Source: a virus
Taxonomy: Duplodnaviria > Caudoviricetes
Length of the DNA: 54,880 nucleotides
Reading direction: 5' to 3' (one strand)
Virus record (IMG/VR): IMGVR_UViG_3300025168_000109
Location: 1-54,880 of that record
Shown here piece by piece: positions 31,301-40,300 of the stretch. Every line of letters starts with the position of its first letter. Position 1 is the stretch's first letter. A program made the position numbers and the translations under genes. Under the pieces are notes generated by a model. It had not been told where the DNA came from and did not search any database. It saw only the letters and a list, made by a program, of their open reading frames with translations.

Positions 31301-34300
31301 ACAGACATAAAGAGTTTGGTACAAGAGCTACTGCAAGCTCAGATATAAGAAATTTTATAAACTCTAATCTTAAATCTTTAAAGCAAGCAGCACCAGGATT
31401 ATTAAAGTCTATTAAAAAATCTTCTACTACTAAAGACAAAATGAATATCTTAAATAAGTTTATGTCTCTTATACAGTACCCTGAAGACAAAGTACTTATA
31501 CATAGAAAGTATGCTGAACAAGCTCTTATAAAACTAGAAGGATTTTTACAAAGACTTCCTGATGTAGGTAAAATGAATAAAACAGCTCCTAAAGTAGAGA
31601 GTGAAAAGACCGGTAAAATGGTATACGACACATTTACTATAGATGATTTAGTTAATGATGAAGGATCTCTTTTAGAAGCTCTTGGTAATATGTTAAAAGT
31701 AGAAAACGAAGCTACTAAAGCACATAGTATTAAAAATGTAGAAGGTAAAACTATATATGCATTCCACAATAGTTCTTATGGTGTAGATATAATAAAAGAT
31801 TTATCAGACAATAAAAAGCCTGAGCACTTACAAGGAGAGTTTTATGGTAATAACATATTTGTTAATGGGCAAAGTGATATACGTGAAATGCAAGACTGGG
31901 ATGGTATTATAGATAGAAAACGTAAAAACATTCCTATTACATATACAGCTGAAGGAGAAAAGCAATGGTTAGATAGAAACTTTAATTATTATTTTTTAGC
32001 AGGGCTTAAAGAAGCTAATCAAGGATTATACTATACTCAACAATTAACAACAGTATCTGATAAATCATCTCCTAAATCAGTGCAGGTAAAAGCATTAAAT
32101 CCACAACAAATTAAAGAAGCGGTTACAACTATGGTAGAACAATACCATAAAAAATCACTTAAAAAGTCTTTAGTTTTTCCAAAGATTATTGAGAGCACTA
32201 GTTTAACAAAAGGTCAAAAAGTTTCTAGAATTATACAAGAGTTAGAAACTAGAACTGATGCTATGTTAGCTAAGATACAATCAGAGAATATTCTTAAAAA
32301 TATGGACTACTCTGCAGCGGTGGACCAGTTAAACTTTAGCAAGCTATCTAAAGAAAAACAATTGAGAGCTTTAGTAAACACGTTTGTATCTAACTATGCA
32401 GTTAACTCTTTCTTTTTAAATCAACTAGTTTTAGGAGACACTGCTAACTTTAAAGATTCATATGATGTAGTTAAAAGAATGTCTATTGCTTTTGCGCCTG
32501 GATACAAAGGGTTTGTAAATCCTTTATTAGGTATGAAGAAAAACTTTAGAGTTGCAGTAATGGAGGACCCACAAGCTACTGCTTTTGATTTCTTATCGCC
32601 TAAAGAAAGAACAGCTTTAGTAAGAGACTTAAAAGATTTAGGATTAGATAGTCCTATAGATTTAGCTGACGGTCAAGGATTTGTTTTACCTAGTAGATTA
32701 AAAGATTTAAGAAGAGGTTTTGGAGGAGGTTTTAATCCTGGAACAGTTATGAAACCTGTTTATTATGGAATAGATTCTACAGGTAAGCCTACCGCGCTTA
32801 AATATTCTACAACAGTATTGACAGAAAGCTTAGTTGAAAATCACCCGGGTCTTAAAGCTCTTAAAAAACAAATGGAACTAGCAGAGGTTGATGAACTAGT
32901 ATTTAAGTCTGGAGTAAAAGTAGGAGCCCCAAACACTTTGTCTAAACCAGGTTATCCTAAAATCAATCCTAACACTAACTTTACAACTAGACCTAAAATA
33001 GAAGCTGAATCTATATTAACTTTAGATAATGCAAGCCTTAGATTACAGTTAGATCCTACAGCTGATCCTAATGCTTTAGTTTCAAATCCGACGCAATTAG
33101 CTTATATGATCAACACTAACGGATTAAACAGTGAGGCAGCTGCTGATTACTATGAGTCAATGGCAGAGTTAATTGATTCTGGTACAAAAGATTTCTTAAT
33201 GGAACTAGGATTAATGAATAGTACAGGAGCGGTTAAGAAGTTCTTAAATCTAAATCAGTCTAGAAGGAATGCGATAGAGAAAAAGATAAGAGCTAAAATA
33301 ATAAATGCAGCTGACACAACTGAGTCTGCACATAAAGAGGCTGAAGTTTTATCCGCTAAAGATGAAAATGGGAACCCTGCAGTTACTATTAATTTCCCTG
33401 CTGTAGTAAATAAAATATACCAACATTTAGCATCATCTTTAAGTAAAGCTACAATAAAAATAAAATTCCCTGGGTCTAAGTTAATATTACAAAGTGCTTA
33501 TGGAGCTACTATAGAAGATCCTGTAACCGGTAAACAAAGACCTTTAAAACATATTACAGCTGATAGACCATATGCTGAAGTTTTAATGCCTAGAATACAT
33601 TCAGACAAATTTAAACTAGGTGATAGTATTTATGATAACCACATGATGGGTTTCCGTATACCTTCTACAGAATTACACTCTTCTGTATCTTTAAAAGTAG
33701 TAGGATTTTATGATGCACATGACACTAATGTTATTATAGCGCCTAAAGAACTTGTTACAATACACGGGTCTGATTTTGATGTTGATTCATTATTTGTAAT
33801 TAGAAAAGGACATACTAGTGATAAATCTAAAAGCGGTGTTTCTTTGTATACAAATGACAACACTGGGTTAAAAACTAATAATAAAGACCTTTTATTAACT
33901 AATAATGAGGTAATACCTTCTTCAGATAATTTTATAACTAGTGTACGAGATGAGGTTAATTATTATCAAAACCAAATTAGAGATTTAAATTCTGTAATGA
34001 AGTTAGCAGAAGACAATACAAATAACAGAGAAATTAAAAAAGATCTTAAAAAGACTTTAGAAGTTCTTAAAAGAGTAGAAAAGGCAGCAGTTAAAAATAA
34101 AATGTTAGACACTTACTTAGATGTTATAGAAGATCCTAAAAATAGAGAAACTATATTGTCTCCTATTACTATGACTAATTTAAAGGGTAGAGTTAAAAAT
34201 GGTAAAGATCTAGACAATTCTGTATTTGGAGTAATATCTGAAGATATGGGACTCCCTATATTAGATAACCATTCTCAATTGTATGGCACAAAAGATTTAA

Positions 34301-37300
34301 CAAATCCTTTAGATGAAATGTACATGCATCAAAGTAATCAACAAGGATCTAAACTAACCGGTTCAGGAGCAAACTCAATGAAAGCTCTTGCATATATGAT
34401 GGAAGCGTCTGAAGGAAGTCAACCATCTGTATTAGTAGATAAAAAAACACAAGAAGGTGAGATATTACCATTTGAATTTACAATAGATGGTATAACATAT
34501 AGTAGATTAAATAGATATGAAAAATTAAGAGGAGATAAAAACAGTAAGCATACAATTTGGCAAACAATGGACTCTGTGACTAATGCTGCAATTGATAACT
34601 CTAAAGAACAAATTTTAAACATCTTAAATTTAAATCAAGCTACTGCTTCTATGTTTTATGTTATGATCGGTACAGGAGTACCTTTAAAAACAGCTGTTAG
34701 AATTATGTTACAACCTGCAGTTAAAGAAGCAGCTAGAGTAAATCCTAAACAGTTCAGTAAAGGAGCTTCTATAGTTAGAAAACAAATATTAGACAAATTA
34801 GGGAGTGCAAAGTCAAATACTCCTGACTCAATACAAAAAGGAATTGAGCAAACTAAACTAAATACAAAGAGTTTAAAGAAAGGTATCCTTGCAACTAGCT
34901 CTAGGTTTAATAAATCATTTGATAAACAACTTGGAAGCACAGCTGATTCTATATTCCAATTAGTAATATTAGACTTACTATCTCCTGAAGGAGCTAAAAA
35001 GGGCCTTAATAAGTATGGTAACGATTTAGCAACAGTAGCATCTACTTTACAAGTATTACAATCATTACCTTCTAACCACGAAGATTTAACAGGTTTAATA
35101 GACAACATGCAAGATATGTTTGCAGAAGACAGTTCTTTTGGATTTGATCTATCTAATATACTTAATTCTTTACCGCATTTACAAAGAGCAAAAGATACTG
35201 CAGAAATATTATACAGTATTACTTCTGAAATATTACATGTAAATAATCCTAGCTTAAAAGAATTTGCTGCAGGTGTAAACACAATGATAGGAAACACATC
35301 ATCATCTGAAGATAGAATAGGTGGTAACGAAAGAAACAAAAAAATAAGAGAAGAGTTTGTAAGATTTATAGCGTCTATAGTATCTGATACTAAAAGTATA
35401 CCGCCTATGGATGTCAAACTAGGACAAGTTTCTACTACAGTAGCAGGTACGCAAGCGTTATCTCATAGACTAGCTCTTCAGATTACTGATATGAAGAAAA
35501 AGAATACTACAAACGCATTCTTAAGTAGAGTAGCAGTAAATAGAGATAAAAGAGGTATACAGTATATAAGTTCTAATGCTGCAGGCATTACTCAAGAAGA
35601 ACTTGTAGAAGTATACGCAGACTTTAATAGATTAGATCCTCAATTGCAAGAAGATATATTACAATATTCTATAGCTAAAGAAGGTATGTTATTTGCAGCT
35701 AGTAATATAACTATGATGATAGAACCAAAAAGATTTGCTGGATACGATCAAAGAAGAGCTAAGATTTTAGCTGAGCTTATAGAAGATCCTAAAAAATTAG
35801 AGGTCCTTAGAAATAGATTTACTGTACAATACGCTCTTACTAATCCTAACCTATTAGCTTCTACAGGTAATAAAAAAATATCAGAAACTATAGTAGAAGA
35901 AAATGGTAGTAAGTATGGAACTAGAAAAGATAGATTATCTACAGGAGAAATTGTATTCTATGATTTAAAAATAAATAATGATTTAGGAGAGGGACCTTTG
36001 TTCTTATCTAATCCTAATTATAATCAAGTATATATAAGAGTACACCAAGATGTATTAGACCAAGATACAAAAGGATTTAGTTACTATCAAGTAGTAGCTA
36101 AAGGATCAGCATCTACTAGTTTTTATACAGTAGATCAGTTAGATTTAAATACTGAATACAATTTACAAACACACTTCCCTAAAAATGCGTTAGTTAGAGC
36201 TGTTGAAGATGGATCAGTAAATGAGTTAATTTTATATAAGCAAATAAAAGGTTTAGAAAAAGGAGATAAAATGGTTCTTAGAGCTCATGATGATGTATTA
36301 AGAGCAGACGGAATAGAAGTTATAATATCTGATGTATCTGAAGAAAAACAAAAAGATAAAATAACAGAGATAACAACTACAGTAAGTAAAATTACTTTTG
36401 AAGAGCAGAGAACAGACATGACTCCTTTTATAGAATTACCTGAGATAGGATTAGATGATACTAAGGAAGAGCCTGCAATGCAAAAAATATCTGATGCGCA
36501 AACTATAAGTGAAGAAGCTGCTAACATTATAGTATCTAGATTAGAAAGAGTTTTTGGATTTAAAGCTAAGGTTATAAATAGACCAGATCTAGAATGGGCC
36601 GGTAAATTTGTAGCTGATGTTCCTATTATAAATGTAGCATACATGAGAGCGGATACTGCTTTTCATGAGTTTGCTCACCCGTGGGTAACAGCTATCTTTA
36701 TGAGAAATAAACCATTATTTAATAAGTTAAAACTAGAGCTACAATCTAACTTAGAAGGTCAAGCTATACTAGCTAAAGTAAAACAAAGATACCCTAACTT
36801 AAAAGGTGATGAATTCTTTAAAGAAGCTATTGTAACAGCAATTGGAGAGTATTCAGCAGGTATGATTGATGAGCAAGGTAAAGGTTTAGTAGACGCAATA
36901 TTTGAGCTGCTAAAAAGAATAGGTACTATGATAAAAAAATTATGGAATTCTAATGCCATAATTACTCCTGAAGAGTTAACAAATATGGACCTAAGAGGAC
37001 TAGCTTTATTATTAGCAGAAACAGATGCTCGATTAGAAACTAATATAACAGAGTTTAAAAATCAACCTAAAATAGTAACTAAACAAAACTTCTTAAAAAG
37101 ATTACAAGGTGAAGGAGTTATAAGCCCGGGGCAGGTAAATGGATATTATGCTATTATGGATATAGTTCCAGGTACTACAGAAAGAAGACCAGATCTATTT
37201 AACAAGCATGCTGAAATGGTAGCGCAATATGAACAAGACTATCCAGGATTAATAAGAAGAGTTGGAAATGATGTAGTATTTGATTTTGAGGTTCCTGTAG

Positions 37301-40300
37301 AAGAGTTTAGCGCTAATGCAGAGTACCAAGTTATAGATAATGACCCCATAACAGATGAAAAAGGATTGGATAAAATAGTTGATGAAGATACAATTAAATA
37401 TTTAGAGAATGCTAGAGATGTTGAAAATGTAAGACTCTCAGATGATGAAGCTAATTACCAAGGTAACAGCGGTGTTTATAAAAGACTTACTCATTTTGTT
37501 AAAACAGGAGTTTTAGGACAATCTACAGATACAGTTGCTTCTGAATATGCTGCTAAAAAAGTATTTGAAAGAAATAAAAGAAACATTGAAACAGGAACTA
37601 TATTAATAGAAAACAAGCCGTTTACATATAACCAACTAGTAGATAGATTCCAAAGAAAAGCTAACAATTCAGCAGCTAGAGGTAGAGCAGTGCATAAACT
37701 AATGGAGTGGTTAGTAACTAAAGATGATAGAGTTTTAAAAGATTTAAGAGAGATACAAAGAGAAAAACCTGATCAAGATGCTATAACAGATGCATCATTA
37801 AAATGGGTAGAACAAGTAGGAGAAGGAGTTTTAAGAAAAATAGGATATACAGATACTGATAAAATGAAAGCAGAACTAATGCTGCACAGTCCTATATTAA
37901 GTATAGCTACACAAATTGATGGTTTAATACAACATGAAGATGGTACTTTAACAATGGTAGATTGGAAGTCTGGTGGATATTTCTTAAACGATAGATCTAC
38001 TGCGCAAATGATGAGATATTCTAACGGTACTACAAACGATGTGTCAGATAGTAAACTAAATAAAGCAATGTTAGAACTAACCTTAAGAGCTATTATGGTT
38101 AAAGAACATCAGCCTAATGCTAAATTTAGACAGATTATGGTGCATCATTTAGAAAAATCTAATCCATTTAAACAACCGTTTGAAGTGCATGTAAAAGATT
38201 ACTTAAAAATTATATCTAATTATTTACAAGCTGAAAAACCAGAAGAATTTAAAGCTTTAGAAGAAAAAGGTTTATTAGATGCTAATAATTACATATCTCA
38301 AGACATGAGAAATAATGCTGCTTTAGACAAGTATTCTCATCAACCTTTAGAAGCACAAGTAGAAGGACTAGAAAAAGATATAGAAATACTAAGAACTAAA
38401 ATAACTACTCCAGGAATGTCTAATGATTTAAAAGCGGATAAAGATCTATTAGAAGCTTTAACTACAGCATATCTAGAGCTTACTAAAACATCTAAAGAAA
38501 CGTTAAATTCTGAAGGTAAATTAGGAGACTTTAAAGCATGGGCAAGTTCTATATATAATATAAACAGTCCTAGACTGCAAGCATTTAATAAAATATTTAG
38601 AAGAGCATCTCAAAAATCTCAAAACAAAATAGAAAACGAGAAACAAATTGCTGAAAAACTATTTAAAGATGTTAGAGATGAATTTATGAAAAAAAATCCT
38701 GCAGTTAAAATAACAGGCCTAGCAACTTTAGGAGCTAGATCTGGATTTGATTACAAAGGTTTATATGATTTTGCTTATGAAGAAAAATTAGACGGTGTTC
38801 AAACTCCGGGAGTATACATGATCAGTTTAGAAGATGCTAAAACTAAATATGATAAAGGAGAATTAACAGATGCTCAGTATAAACTAGTAAAACATTTAAG
38901 AGAAACTTGGAATGCAAATTGGTCAGAGTTAATGAATAAAAAAATGGAATCTGGTAATCCTTATTCTAAGATTATAGGAATGCATAATGTAGACAACACT
39001 GTTATTGAAGGTAAACTACATCCTAACTTTATGCCAAGACTTCCTCTAGAAAGTGCAGAAGCATACGAAAGATACAGAGGTGAAGGATTTATTAATAGAC
39101 AAGTTAAAGGTACTGGTCAAGTTATAAAAAACTTTGCAGCTAACACATTCTCTCTATTTATAGAGCAAAATTACTATGGTCAAAACGATAGTATTAACTC
39201 TCATATACCTGTTAGGTTTATGGGTTCTACCGGTATTATAGCAGATCAAGTACATTCATTTAACTTAGAAAGAATGCATTATGATTTTACAGCTAATCTA
39301 ATGCGTAAACAAGAAATGGATTTTGTAGTAGCTTTAGGAGATGGATTAAAAAGTTATTATAATACAATGAAAGATTTAAAAGGTAATGATGATAAAGGGT
39401 GGAAAAACTATGAGAAATTCATGGAAAACTTTATTATTAATTCTATAATGCAAGAAAGAACTGCAGGTAGAAATAACCATTGGTCTTCTAAACAATATAA
39501 TATTGTTAATCCTTTTTATGATCCAAATAAACCTACTAGTCCTTACAACAAGCAAAGCTTCCAGTTTAGTTTATTTAAATTAATGATGGCAGTTAAGCAT
39601 ATAACTACCGGTAAAGCTTTATGGTTTAAATTTATTGGAGGTACATTTAATGGGGCTATTATTTTAATGTATACTGCAATGAAAGCAGTGCAGGGATCTG
39701 CAGCTAAAAGATTAGGATATGATCCAGGAGTTATAGATGTAACTACAAGCCAACTTTTATGGGCAGGTAAAGAGGTTGGTAAATACTTTGGAGATCAAAT
39801 ATTAAGATCGTTTAGTAATGATCCTTCTAAAAACAAATTACACAATCTATTAAAAAGATTTAAATATTTACCAGATAATTATGATTACGCCGTAGATCAA
39901 TCAGACATGATGAATCTTAAGAATCCTACATTAACATATGATAAATTATTCTTTTTCCATGCTATACATGAAGAGTGGGGGCATGCATTACTTTTAGCAG
40001 CGCAAATGAAAAATATTAAAATGGCAGACGGATCATCTATATGGGACAGTTATGATAATGAAGGTAATTTTATGAAAGTTAAAAATGGAAAAGCTAACGT
40101 TAGAGGTGTAATAACAGATCCAAGCGGAGTTAAAAGGGTTATTGGAGAGCTTACAGAAGATGAGATAAACAAGATGCTAAAAATGTCTACTGATATACAT
40201 GGAGCGTATAGAACTAGTGAAAGAACAGTACTAGAAAGTACCGCGGTAGGTGTTTGGGCAATGCAGTTTAAGAAATATTTACCTGCGCTATTGATTCAGG

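Noticed and set aside
23991-36959. Antisense ORFs within the giant gene (for example 34656-35417, 253 aa)
   Set aside because: These are shadow frames with Ser/Leu/Phe-rich composition, the expected mirror of the sense codon bias, and they contain no motifs.
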